The notes beneath the pieces were generated by a model that saw nothing but the letters and a program-made list of their open reading frames with translations, was not told the origin of the DNA and did no database searches. A program made the translations under genes and the position numbers. Shown piece after piece: positions 11,391 to 25,066 of a DNA stretch of 64,000 bases (position 1 is the stretch's first letter; the number at the start of each line of letters is the position of its first letter). Source of the DNA: Camelus dromedarius (lineage: Eukaryota); NCBI RefSeq assembly GCF_036321535.1, contig NC_087437.1, positions 104,162,001-104,226,000 of the forward strand, written 5' to 3'.

Positions 11391-14300
11391 TACCCCCATG
11401 GCTAGGAGCCTGTGGACCCAATGAAACGTGGCTTGCCAGGATCTCTCCCTCCAAACCATTCTCTGGGTACGCATGCTTCCAGAACTTTTTGTCCATCAGA
11501 CCAGAGGCCCCATGCAGGACATGTATAATTCTCTACTTGTGACAATTTTCCTAAGAACAAATATACCATTAATGTGCAAGGCTTGGGAAAAGGCTAAGAG
11601 ATTATTATTTATAAAGGGCACAGATAGGTTTGGACTTGCAAGCTGGCTGTTCAAGCACACATATGAAATCTTGTCCCATATTAATCTCTAAACCCCAACT
11701 GAACTCTTGCAAGTACTGAATAAGGAAGGATATCTAATTCTGAAGTGGTGAGAAAAGTCATTTTCTTTTGGGTGGAAAGAATGCTTAATTTAGATGGATA
11801 AATGTAAAGTACATAGTCGAAGTGTAATCGCCAGATCAGTCTAAAAAGATATGATATTAATATAAAGATCCCTGAGAGTCAGGTTGAAATGGGGAGCAGT
11901 TCAACAACGCTATATTATAAGTTTTAAAGAGGAATTGGCATTTCTATTTGCTGGACCAAAGTTTTTAAAAAGTACTAGAAAACATTGTCTTCTATGGTGT
12001 TCATTTCCTTTTGTTTGACTCCACAGCTTTCCTTTGTGCCCTTCAAAGAGGAGAAGGAAGAGAACCAGCAGCGTTGCAAGCATATATTGCTGAATTTTAA
12101 TCATTGTATAATTCTTTCTGGCAAGATTATCTAAAGCTCACACACTTCTTCAAGTAACACTTTTAAAAGTCTATCAAATCATGAGGTCAAAGGGCTATAC
12201 AAACAAATACTTTATTAATTCAATTTTTCAATATGGTTGACGTGTGATCTCACAATTTCTGTGCAAGCAGATTAAAGTCATAAATCTGAGTTTATCACAC
12301 CACCTTGGAATTAAACAAGAGAGCAAGAACTCCTCTTTCAATATGAGGACAAGAAATGGGAAAGTTAAACATGTCAGAGTCCAAGTAGAGATTTCAAAGA
12401 GCAAATTTTCAACCTGTGAATCTATTCAGTAGTGTGGGAAGAAGAGATGGAATCTGGCTAAACATTCTCCAACTTGAGTGGTCACATCAAAGGTGAGCAC
12501 TTACTAACCAGGCTACTTGACCACACGCTGAAATCCACTGGATTCCATAATCTGACATAGAGGTCACAGTCCATAGATAAAGATGTGAAAGAGAAAGCAT
12601 ACTTTTACCACTACAAGTTTAATGTAAATAATATTTGAATATGTGTAAAATGTAAGCTTTTAGTTCTATTCTCCTTTTATCTGATTTTCTCAGATAACTG
12701 TCCATTCCCATCTCTAGACTCGTGAATATTTCAGTCACTTTGAATCGAATATATCTAAAATATTAGACTAACTACTCTTAGCACTTTAAAACTTAGTATA
12801 AAGTTAGCATTCAAAATCCAGGAAACAAGCAAAACAAATGTTCCCACTCAGTCCCTAACAACAGAGAGCAGGCAAGATAAAACCTGTGCTATCTGGCTTG
12901 TTTTTCACCTTGCAGGTGAGGAATGTTCTTTCAAATTCCAATTAGAACTCTGAACTTTAAATCTTTCTGCAGTGGGTTGCAGAACTTTGTTGTTTTCATC
13001 AGCATATTCCTTTTCATTGTATTAATTTTAGTTACATCTACTTAAGTCCTTATTTCAAAGTCACATAGTTAATTCTGATCTTACAAGATGCACAGTCTGG
13101 CACAAACATAAAACACAGAAGCAAGGAGATCTTCACCATAAAACTTCGGGCAGTATTTAACTTTAGGGAGGAGGGAACTGTGATTAGGAAGACGCAGCCT
13201 TCCAGAATTCTGGCAATACTTCATTGCCTTAGTTACATGACCGTTACATGTTTGCTTTATAACGACTACATAAAGTGTACATTTGTGTTTTATGCACACA
13301 CCATTTGCCTCCTCTCCTGCACACAAAATGATAATCATGCTTTTGCAGAACAGAGCTAAAGCAGAACCAATCAGAATGGGATTGTATAATAACCAAATTA
13401 ATTACTAGGCAACCTGAAAATAATGTAATGAAGAAATTGAAAATGTTTTTTGTCAGAAAGTGATTTGCCAGATATGTTTTGAGGTAGCCCTCGCATTTTC
13501 GAGACTTTCCTCTTCTGTTATCTACGATTACCTGCAGAGAAATTAATTAAATTGAAAAGCCAATTTACCATATTCATTTTCTTCGATAATTATTAAATGA
13601 ATAACACAGATCTGCGCAAAGCCCCTCTATGAATCCTCACTAATTCTGAGATTGGACTCTCCACATCCCTGATGGTATTCATGGCTCGGTTCATGTAAAC
13701 GGAAAAATCCTTAACTCAGCACATAACTACAGATGGCAACAGTCAGGGAGGAATAAAATACTTCTCCTTTGGAGCAAAATGAATCTAAAAATTCTATATT
13801 ATTTTAGGTATTTTAATAGCAGATTGTGCAAACTCTAAGAGATGTTATACATTCAGTGGGGAAGATGACCTTTGCTAATAAATGTATTTTGAACTTTGTC
13901 AGTGGGAAATTTAGTGCTGTAATAATGCTGTTATCTAGAGGAGAAATTTAAAGTTGATTTTAAAATTGCTGCAAAGTAAAAGGCCTAATAAATAAGAGGT
14001 AGTTTTGAGCCTTTCACATGAAAGAGCCTCAGACAACATCTTCAGCCACTCTAAGTAGTATTAGTTGACGCTGTCGCCATTTAAGCACACCTTAAAACAC
14101 AGGAAAAATCAAAGGTGAGAAAGGCAACTAATAATATTTTAGATATTTTATTCTCAATTTATTTCTATTGCAACATGATTTTCTCAAATGAAATTATGAT
14201 CTGTCAGGCATAATTACAACTCAAATTAATTCTCATACTTGTTTAAAAATGGACTAGTTTCTGACATTGCAATCAGGATCTCGGAATTGTCTTAACTTAT

Positions 14301-15264
14301 TAAAATCGCCATTATGTAATTATGTCACTAATCGCGATTTATATATATTGCATGATTCCATTATTCCATATGTGTATATAACAGTGTGCATGTGCTTGAT
14401 TTACTGTGCCTAATTTTATTTCTGTCATTATTTTGCATGGCTTATACCTCTGGTTAAAAAGTATTTATAATATGGAAAAAAAAAAGTGGATCCCGACTTT
14501 CCAACAGTTCCATGAAAAATCTGGCATGTCTTATACGTACATACTACAGAACTTTAAATAGCGAATAGTATTGATTTTTATTTCATAAATCCTTATTGAT
14601 CTGCAGTGAATTAAATGTGTAACTTGCAGTTCTTTGGATACATATAATATCTCACTTTCTAAGTAAACCTGCAGAACTTCAAATTTTATATATGAATCGC
14701 CACAAGCAATTGCATATGGTCATGTGAAAGATTTTAAATTGTTTTCTTATGCATTAAAATATTATAATCAGTTTTACGATAAAAAATATTAAATTTACAA
14801 AACAGGATGACTCATAATTGTCTCAGTATTCCAATACAGGGATTCAGTGTAGTCACCCAAGTCAACAGGATTTATGCTCTAACTTTGACTTACGCTATGG
14901 TAGTGAATTTTATGAATTTTCAAAAATAGAAAAACAGAAGTTATGACACGGTATTGTTGTGCTTTTCCTTCTATCACAGCAATTTCCTTTAATTACATTC
15001 TAATCAATAATGCATAAAAAACCTGTTATCAGTTACAGACCATAACAAATTTAAAACACTATCTGATATAAATGCTTTATATTTTCTGCCATTTCTTGGG
15101 AAATATTTTTTCTTTTCACATTTGCTGACACCTCCACTACATTCACTTTTTAAAATTCTTGGTTATTTATAAAATGTTAATTGATTATATTTATTGATTT
15201 ATTATCAATATACTTTGAAATATGTATTAAGAAAAACTAATACATGTATTCAATTTTCACCTAT

Positions 15265-15837
15265 TTTTTTTATTCCAGGATTCCAACCAGAATGCTGTAG
15301 TGCATTTAGTATTCATGTCCCCTAGACTCCTTCTTCATTTGGCTGTGACAGTTTCACACACTTTCTTTGCTTATGATGACCTTGATGGTTTTAAGTCATA
15401 CTGATTATGTATTTTATAAAATGTCCCTCAAAGGGATTTTTATTGATGATTTTTCATAATTAGACTTGATTTGCGTGTTTTGGGGAGGAGGATCACAGAG
15501 GAAAAGTATCATTTTCATCGTATTATGAGGCTCTGCATTGTCAGCATGACTTATCACTGATATTAACCCTGATGACCTCAGTAAGGTGATGTTTGTCAGG
15601 TTTCTCACTTTAAATTTACTCTTTTCCCCTCTTTTGAATACTGTATCATTTGGTAGGAAGTCACTGTCATGTTTCCTTTTGGATACACAGACATATAGAC
15701 AGATAGATAGCTGAATGTGTATAGGTATTGAAAAATCTAGATATATAAGCGATACTGATAGATTTGTGTCTCTATCTATCCATCACCTATCAGTCTATCT
15801 ACCTCTATATAGATCTACCTATCCGTATCTATCCATC

Positions 15838-15871
<34 letters not shown>

Positions 15872-16620
15872 ATCTTATTATATATGTCAGTTTGCATCTT
15901 TATTAAGCTGAAAATGGGTTCATACTGATGTCTCCAAATCTATTCCATTATCACATTATTCATTCTAGGTTTTCCTCTCTGATTATGTGCAATTTTCAAC
16001 TTCAATAGTGAGAATCCTGAATCCCTCCCTTAACCTGCCATTTCCTTAATTTCTAATCCCAGAGTACATCTATACTGTCATCGGAATTGTTATCCTATAC
16101 CATCGTAGGAATTTTATCAGTTAGAATTCAGTGCTATGTAAAGCTCTTTTTGAAGTGATCTTTCCAGACTCAACTGATTTCCAGCTATTTAGATCAGTAA
16201 CTTTTTCACTAACCCCTCTTTAGTCAGTTTCTTTAATATATTAATAATATAGTTAGATTATTTTGTCAGAGTCTGCATTCCTTAACAGGACCCCTCAAAT
16301 GAATAAATACATACATAAATAAATAAATTTAATATATTAAAATTTACTCTTAGTACTGTAAATTTGTATAGCTTTAAAGCATACATAGTATCATGTATCC
16401 ACAACTACAGTATCATGCAGAAAATCTCATCACCTTACAAAATACCCTGTGGGTTGACCTATTCAACATCCCCTTTCTCCAAATCCCTGGAAACCACTTA
16501 TCATTTAATCAGTGAATGCTCTTGTTTCTCCACATCCCTACCAATAGTAGGTATTATTAGTGTTTGCTTGTTTTTTTTTTTTTTTTAGTTATTTAAGTAT
16601 GTATGTAGTGTCATTTGCTA
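15265..16620 (-). mobile_element. L1MC/L1MD-type 3' UTR and ORF2 end, antisense
   Basis: Diagnostic 3' UTR text: gatgaccttgatggtttt, ttggggaggaggatcacagagg, catgacttatcactgat, catgtatccacaactacagtatcatgcag, ctccacatccctaccaa. Confidence 0.85.
15770..15875. repeat. (TCTA)n degenerate tetranucleotide microsatellite inside the L1
   Basis: tctatctatctatctatctatctatc core at about 15846-15872. Confidence 0.9.
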
Positions 16621-17319
16621 TCTATAATCTTTTGGCACAATTTCTGTAAATTTTAAAGAATAAATATTAAAGAAAAATCACACCTAAATTTAGTTAGCTA
16701 CAATGGCTGTAAATGAGCTGTGAAGTACCGTAAACAAATGATCTTAATCAGACATTAATTGTATTAAAAATGACAACATGTAAATTAGTAGTTTCAAATA
16801 CATGTGATAACTAAAAATAGCAGATGATAAATTTGTACCACATTTTGTTAAATCTATTCAGAACACTTTATGTGAGTAAATCTCACAGCCGTTGTAAGAC
16901 ATTCTTTATAACACTGTAACTGTAGTTATTTTTAAGGTCAAATTATCATTAAGTTACTTTTCTAAGAGACATCATGTAGTACTATGATAAAGGATTTATT
17001 TCATTTTGAGCAGAGTCTTGCTCTGGCTTACTTATTTCTTTTTAATAAGAACTATTAAAAACTACTTGGCCTATGTTAAGTTAAATATATATTTATAGAA
17101 GGCCGATGGCAAGGAGAAAGATATTTTAAAAAGTCAAACTCACATAAAACATTTGAAGAAAGATGTCTTTATGGTTTTAAGTTGCTCATTCATTCATATT
17201 TTATTCAATAGAACTATTCAAGTTTCTCTTTGGTTTCAGGCACATTTAAAATTCTTTTTCTTCATGAATAGGTTACTTAATTTAGATATTATTATGTATT
17301 TATTTCTTAAACAATAGTA

Positions 17320-18195
17320 TCATTCAATTTATTATGTATTTAAATATGCACCATTAATAATACAGTGAATGATTACCATATATGTGGTCTTGTTCTAGGT
17401 GCTGGAAATTGTCAGTAAAAAAAAAAAAAATGGCCAAAATTCCCACCTTTGGAGGCTTACATTTTAGTGGAAGAGTCAGAAAATAAATACAATTAATGCA
17501 TAAGTATATATGCTAGATGGTAATATATGTATAAAGTGTGGGTTTTTATATGGGATTTTTGCCATGTGAATATTAAATTTTTACATGGCACTATGGGGCA
17601 TCAACTTAAAAGGTGAATTTTCAGTAACAACCTAAAGGTAATGACAGTCCTGGCCCTGCAGATTGTTAGAGGAAGAGCAAGTGCAAATGCCCTGAGGCAG
17701 CATTCTTTCTGCTCAAACAACAGTGATAAGGCCAATGTATGTGAAATGGTCCTTCATGAGAAGGAGATCAGTACATAATGTTAAAGGGACAAGAACCCTA
17801 CTGTTTTCAAAGTGAGATGGGAGGACATTAGAGGTTTTTAGGAGACATGCATCATACTCGGATATATGTTTATGCAATGATCATGCCGACTGCTCTGCAG
17901 AGAACAGGCTGAAGGATGCAAGGAAAGACTCTGAGGGACCAGTCTAGATGTTATTACATAATAACACGGAAGACATTGAAATGAACCACAATTGTGGGGC
18001 TAAGGAGTGAGGTGGGACCAAGGAGAAGTACCCAAATCTAGATAACATCTAAAAGCCAATTTGATAGACTTTTCAAACAAGCCTATTGTTGGATATGAGA
18101 ATGAGAGATTTAATAAAGTTGCCAAGGATTTTGGCCTGAATAATTAAAAGAATGAATATTCCTTTAATGGAGATGAGGAAAACTGCAGAAGAAGG
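17320..18195 (-). mobile_element. L2 (L2a-like) 3' region
   Basis: gttctaggtgctgg...ggaggcttacattttagtgg; gcaagtgcaaatgccctgaggcag; ccaaggattttggcctgaataatt...atggagatgaggaaaactg. Confidence 0.8.
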
Positions 18196-18199
18196 CTTG

Positions 18200-21050
18200 G
18201 TCACCTCTGACCAAGGATGGCAATTCAGGACTGGCTAGAGCCACATCAGCTTAATAAGTGGAAATTTCAGTTGCTAAATTCATGAGTAATATTTGTTCAT
18301 ATTCCTATGGCCAATTTGCCCAATATGCCTGTTAGGCAAGGAGACAGATATGGAAAAGGATTTGCCAGACACCTTTAAAATGAATCATTTGTCCAGCTGA
18401 AAATTAAGAGTTTTTCTAAAGTGGTTACATCTGGTCAGCAGATTTAACTGAAGTAGAAATATCCTCAACTCTGTGCATCTTTTGAGAGGTCGCTTTATCA
18501 TCCAGGTGTGTTTCTTCCATGTCTTTGACCCTCTAGCCAAACTATTAGCTGCTACTTACAAATCAATATAGATTATAATCTTTACCTTCTCTTGTTCTAG
18601 GTAAGATAAACAACCAGATGTACTGCTTAAGTTTCTTTCTCTAGTATTTTTCTCTTACTGCTGTATTTCAGGGATACTGTTGAGTGGGGTTATGAAGAAG
18701 CAGCAACTCACTTTCAAGTTGGTCAGAATATTGTACAAAACATCCCAGAATATCTGGCTTAAATTTTTCTTGCTAAATTAACTGGCAATGGAGAAACCCC
18801 CTTGAGGCTATGGACATGGGCCCGAGAAAAGGTATATATTCAATAAGAATTTAAGCCATAGGAGGCAAAACCACATACTGTCAAACATACGTAAGACCTA
18901 ATCAAGCCTAATGATAGATTACTACTACTTCATGTGGGAAGTCTTACTAATGCGAAATTCATGGTGGGGAGCTCAGATGATATGTTAATTTGGTGGCACA
19001 TGTTCAAGCAGTTCGTCTCTTCTAGGCCTCCTAGAAAGTCAGATGCTTTTCTTGAAAGGAAAAGAGTTTTCTTCAGATGATGATGTAAATTTGTTTCAAA
19101 ATTCTGTAATTCTTCACTGTAATTCACAAATAGGAGCTTGTTAGAGTCTCCACGAGCATGCTGAGCTGTCACAGATGCTAACAGCCACTGAATCTACTGG
19201 GTAATAGGTAGCAGAGAAATCTGGATGTGTTGGAGAGCTTTCTTCTGATTCGGACCCTAAGAAAAATTGGAAACCTTTCAGTTTGCTCAGTACATGGGTT
19301 GATATATATTGCGTCCAAACTTAAAAGATGTTTACTAGGTATTTCTTTCCCAGTGCTAGCGGCGGGCAGATACAACAACTTGCAAAAGGAAGTCTGTGAT
19401 ATTTGCTACTTGCTTTCTATAAATCATATCAGCATGATATCATCCATGCGGTGGACCAGAATGGTAAAATGAGCAAGGTCTCTGTGAGCTGGGTCATAGC
19501 AGAGGTTTAGAGAATTTGTATAATCCTGGGACTGAACTGACAACTGACCTGTTCAAGGGAAAGCTATTGGTTTCTGTTAGTCTTTATTCACAGGAATAGA
19601 CAAAAAAAAAAAAAAAAAAATTCAACAGTTTAATGGGGGTCTCTACCGACTTGCTTCAGAAAGTAAAATTAAAAGGATAATCCACTACCATTCTCCAGGT
19701 CCTTTCTACCTTCTGTAGAGAAGTAGCTTGATTTAAATTATGTGTCCTAATCACCTATGCCCTTCAAGTCTTTTGGTGACATTAATCTCTAAAATTTTGC
19801 AAGAAATGCAATGCTGAGAAAATGGCCCAGAACTTTCTTTACTTTGTTGGTCTTCAGGGAAACAAAATATAAATTCTTTCAGTGGCTGAGTATATCTATT
19901 CTTATTATACATTCTAGGACAAGGGGATTAACTATTGAGAGCATGTTAAGGATTACACTGGATTTACAGTGAGATGGACTTGAGCTGAAATTCCATTAAT
20001 AATCTGACCACCGTAAGTCCTTATGTTGCCTGTATTGACTGGTTGCCACACCAAGAATTCATCAATTCATAACCAGTAGCTAATAACTCAGCAATTTATA
20101 GTATTTTCCTTTTTTCAGTTAGTATATGGCCACATGTCCCTTTTGTGAATTCCTAAGTGAATATTTACTGTGAACATTTTACAAGTATAGCAAGGTCTCT
20201 CAGGGGCTCCAGCTCCTCCATTCATTCAAGGGATTCTGACTTCAGCTTTGTTCATTTCTGAGGATTTGGTGGGGGGCATGACTCTCCTGTGTTCCACTAT
20301 ATTTGCCAGGTCTAGCTATTTCCCCCTTACGCATGTCAAGTACAATTTTATTGATGATACAACTATCTCGTTCCTAGGGGTACCACAAAAGATCTCTCTC
20401 CATAAATTTATTCTAAGCAGTGCTTTGGTACCGCTCTGCAGTATAATAATCATGCCCACCTAATGACTAACTCCCCTATGGTATTCTGAGATTCCCTCAT
20501 TCCCACAGCTTTCAAGAAACCTACATAGATGCAGCATCGCACATGGTCATCCCTGGGCTGCAGAGAACAACCACCACAGAACAGTTAAGGATTCCAGAGC
20601 TCTCTTCAACAATGTATTTCCAGAAACCTCCATGAAGGGGTGTCTTCTGGAACACTGGCTGAGCCAACCATACAAATAAGTCCATTCCACCAATTGGCTA
20701 CTTTTCTCTACAAGATATCAGAGCAATTCTAGCTCTACTCCTTCATTTAATGAAGGCCACCAATGTGTCCAGAATTGTAGTCAGGATAAGGAAATAAAAG
20801 ATTTGAAGTAGTCCACCATTATAGTCTTTCTGCCCTACTTTAACATTCTAGTATATACTACTTTATTTTCTGAAAGTAAAAGAATGAGGAAACTTACAGT
20901 CCTTTTGGTGAGTATGGTACTCATCCTAGGTTAGACTTGGTAACTGTCTCTTGGACTTCCTAATGTTTGAGTCTGTTTATAGTTCTAGAAATAATGAGAA
21001 TTAGAGGGGAATGGATATTTAAGAGAATCAGCATTTCTCACTGAAGCAGA
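18200..21050 (-). mobile_element. Decayed ERVL internal region (gag-pro-RT-RNaseH-start of integrase)
   Basis: Reverse strand gives degenerate ERVL motifs: LVHRMDDIMLI (YxDD) at 19427-19459, WRMVVDY at about 19680-19700, SIPV at about 19590, ELPTMN at about 18957-18975, protease segment GGQIING at about 20000, gag at 20400-21020; many stops and frameshifts. Confidence 0.85.
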
Positions 21051-21064
21051 ACCTAAGAAGTTGC

Positions 21065-22080
21065 ATTTTATGGCACTAATGTGGATATTCTGCTAGTTTT
21101 TGAGTATTTGTATTTAAATTGTACCATAAGAAACTGGGTAAATAAATAAGGTTGATTTTCTATTTTATATCTATTGTGTGAAAGACTTAGAATTAAACCC
21201 CATTTATCATATGATGCATAAGATTCTGCTCTAATTGGTAGACAACATTTTTCTTCTGTGTCCTCAAGGACTAGTATTATCTCAGATTCGTGATCTAATC
21301 ATTTCAAAATTATGTGAAACCCTCATTTCTTCAGTTAAGAATAAACTTGATAAGTAGTGTTAGTAACATCTTGCAAAGCCTAGGAGGAAGTTTCCAGTAT
21401 CTGTACTGGTATCACAGGGAACTTTCTCAAGAATGGCATTCCCTTCCATTGATGGGCAATTAATCTATGAAATGAGCTAAGTATGGAAATTGAGGATTCA
21501 GGCTTGTGATTGGCTCCATTAGGTCTTCATATTCCATTTACAAACTACTTTCTATTACAGTGATAAAGCATATTTGTGATAAGCCCATCTATATCTTCCT
21601 CAGGAACTTGATGACTTGTGATTTATCAGCCACTTTTAGATGTCTGTGAATGTCCTTTGTCACTTTTGCTTTAGTGTCACCTCTTGGTTATTACAGTTTA
21701 GGATTCTACCGTCTCAGTGACACCAGGAGCTCATTTCAATACCAGGAACTCTTACCTTCCATCTCATAACTTACAGGAGTTTAGACTTCTACAGCATTTT
21801 TAACAGATCATATATGTTTCTGTCACCAATATACATTTAATGCTTTGGTGATAGATGTTTTCTGGTCCAAAGCTACTACTGAATTAGTGATTCACATGTG
21901 AAAAATCCACTTCAGCAGTGCTCCCAATATAAGTCATTGATTCCTTCTTTTATTTTACCACAAGGGGTTTTAGTAATTATATTTCATTGACTGTAAGCCA
22001 CCACTATAGGTTTTAATTAACCAACAGAAGTTGAGGTTACCCATATCAATAATTATAACACTGCATCCTTTTTTTTAAGG
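21065..22080 (-). mobile_element. Second ERVL gag-pro fragment in tandem with the first
   Basis: Reverse strand repeats the same gag landmarks (ggtggcttacagtcaatgaa, ccagaaaacatctatcaccaaagcatt, atagatgggc) and the protease end (ctagcagaatatccacattag). Confidence 0.75.
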
Positions 22081-22799
22081 AAAAATGCAATCTTCAAAGC
22101 ATAAAGTTAGTGAAAGAGAGGCAATAATACAGGTACTGAAACAAGAACAAAAGGAGAGACTAACGGCTGCGGAGCAAGCAACAAAAATGCCCCTTGTCAA
22201 AGGCTGTGGATATTCCATATGTGATATGTAGCCATCAAAGAGTATATGATAATTTTATGTAAATGCAAGACAAATACATACAGATAGCCGGTAGCTGTCA
22301 TATGTTCTTTGCTTCCCAAAAGGGCAGGCATCCCAATATGGAAACTTACACCCACGTTGAGACTATGATAAGTGTGCAATTTTTACATTTCCTTGGCCTT
22401 CTTAAAGTTGCTTGTTTTTCCACAATTCTCAAGACAATCATAAGGTCACTTAATAATTATAAAAGGGTAGATAGGATGAGCTATCTATTTTCTTAACTTG
22501 TCCATGGACTACAAACAGTATTTTCTTCTTACTTAGTAAGGACTTGTTAACGATGGGGATATATAAAAATAAACATGAGGAAAGTGCAGTATGATGTTCC
22601 TGCTTGCACTCCACAAGTTCTGAAGCTGAACTGCAGAATGTCCACAACCATTGGATATCAGGGATTTGGTGGAATTGAGAAAATAACTTCCTCTCTTCTA
22701 CTCATTCTCCTTCCTTTCATTCTTGCTTTATTATAAAACTTAAGGGCGGGGGCGGTTATAATATACAAAGTATCCTTGACTCAAAGATTAAGAATATAT

Positions 22800-23305
22800 G
22801 ATTTCTTGTGGCCAATATGAAGTAACAGAGACCAGATTTACTTATCCACTCAAAAAAAGTGGCAAATAATATGAATAAATAGCTCTCATGTCATTGGCTA
22901 TCAGGCAACGAAGAGCACTGAACAATGAAAGGAAACAGACAAGGTAAGCCTAGTTGATTGTCCCAACCGATTGCCTAGAGAAAGTCTATAAGCCATAATA
23001 CAGAAAGGTGGCACCCAGGAAGTCTCTGGAAGTCTACTTAGAGGTGAGAAGACAGAGTTGGAAGACCAGGGAAGCCAATGCACTAAGAATGTACAAGGAA
23101 AAGTACAGGAGAGGAAAAAACTGCAAAGAAAGAAAACTCCAGAGATCTCTAAAGGCTCTACCCAGAGTATTCAGCTGAGTATAAATCATCACATGCTCGT
23201 GAGGAAAATACATAAATCTAGGAAAGAACCACCTGAAAAGATGAGAAGGAACAACATGTGAGATTCACACAGGGCCGAAAACAAACCTGCTCCCAACAGA
23301 CAGAC
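22800..23305 (+). mobile_element. Old L1M 5' end (L1MC/L1ME-type 5' UTR)
   Basis: ggccaatatgaagtaacagagaccagatttac...aactccagagatctc...gagtattcagctgagt...gaaagaaccacctgaaa...ttcacacagggcc. Confidence 0.8.
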
Positions 23306-25066
23306 AGATCGTTCAGTTTTTTGCATTTGAGAATGTCTGTCTCTTAATGACAAGTAAACTGAACGTTATATACTCGGATCTCTCTTCAGTTTAGGCAGTG
23401 GTTCATTGTCCTTTGTCACTGAATGTACCTGTGAAAAGTTAGAAGTAATGCCATTCCATAGACTGTGAATAATAGGCATTTTCTGCATGACATATTCTAA
23501 CTCTCTTTATCAATTACTCTCCACAACTTACCCAGGATATATATTTAACTTGAGAGTTCTATTTCAATTCTTATATGTTAAATGATATAATCTTGATTTG
23601 TTTTTTTTAAAATGGTTTTCCCCTCTATTGTACAAAAATAATTGTATTTTCTATGCCATTTCTTATACTGGATACTGTTGGTCTCTCCAAATCACTTTTA
23701 TTTCTTCAATTTCTTAGTCTTTTTCTAATTTTCTGCCATACTAACTGTAATAATATACATATTCCTCTCCATGCCTATGATTAGAATTTATCAGTGATTT
23801 CTGCTTTCCCTGTAGTTTCTAATTGCATTGACATATCTATTTTCATCTCATCATATCTTTGAGGGCTTGAGCTCACGTTAGCATACATTTCTAATTTTAT
23901 CCTAAGAGGCACTTCAGGGAATTTTTCTGTCACTTGTCCCTTCAAAAAAAACATTCTTAGTCCTTCTTTTGCTAATTTACATACTTTTCTTCTGTAGTAA
24001 GTTTCTATATTTGTCTCTTATTTACTTCCAGCCTATACATATTTAATCTAAACATTTTAATAGAATATGACCAGACATACCATTACTTTACTATAGTATA
24101 GACGCACTCAGTAGCATTTTTCATTTTTACTACTTTATGTACCCTCCTTTAGAGCTACACACCTTAGGAAATGGTGTTGCTTTTTAATTGTTCTGTTTCC
24201 TGGGAGTGGGAATGAGATTGAGAAGACGACATTGTGAAGTATCTGCAGGTCTTATTTGCAATTGCGGCTCAATTTTCTCTTTTAAAAAATCGTATTATAT
24301 CTCCCCAAACAGACTGATTAGTAGGCAAATTTATCTTATTCCCTTGACCTTTTACTTGTTTTCACAACTCAACACAGTGCTCTGTAAGGCAAAGGAGTCA
24401 CTTTATACCATTATAAGGTATAAAGGTCTTTCTGCTTTTGTTGACATTAGGTACAGAAGTAGTTTATATAACGAAAGAAAGAAGTCTCAACAGTGAAATT
24501 TATAAAGAAATACCTATTATCTCTCGCATTTGGCAATATGGAGAAGGATAGAATATTTGAAGCTGAATAATACAGTATAGATTAGAAACACTTGACTCAC
24601 GGAAAATCTTAATAAAAGCAAATAACTACGTACGACGTCTTGAACATGAGAATGTAGAAGAATGAATGATGTATTTTTCATCATAAGAAACCCACGAAAC
24701 ATAATTAAGCACTTATTTAGACCTAAGTATCAACGTATTTGCATCTTCCCTTTGGGTTTTAATAAGGAGCTGATGCTGTGAACCATATGTGCATATTTAC
24801 AAACAGCAAACATTAACTTACTTGCTTTGCAGAAAGTATCACCATAATGTTAAGTATAATTTTTATTAGTTCAGGCTCATTATCTTAAAAATTTCTCAGA
24901 GAACAATCTTTTTCATGAGATGCTATAAGCCTACATCCTATTAAAATCAAAACCTTAAAGATCTTAATGTAGTAACGTATTGGCTGAGCAATACCTTTCC
25001 AGACATTTATATTTATCTTTCCCATTGATCATCATATCCTCATAAATTCCATACATAATGGAACAA

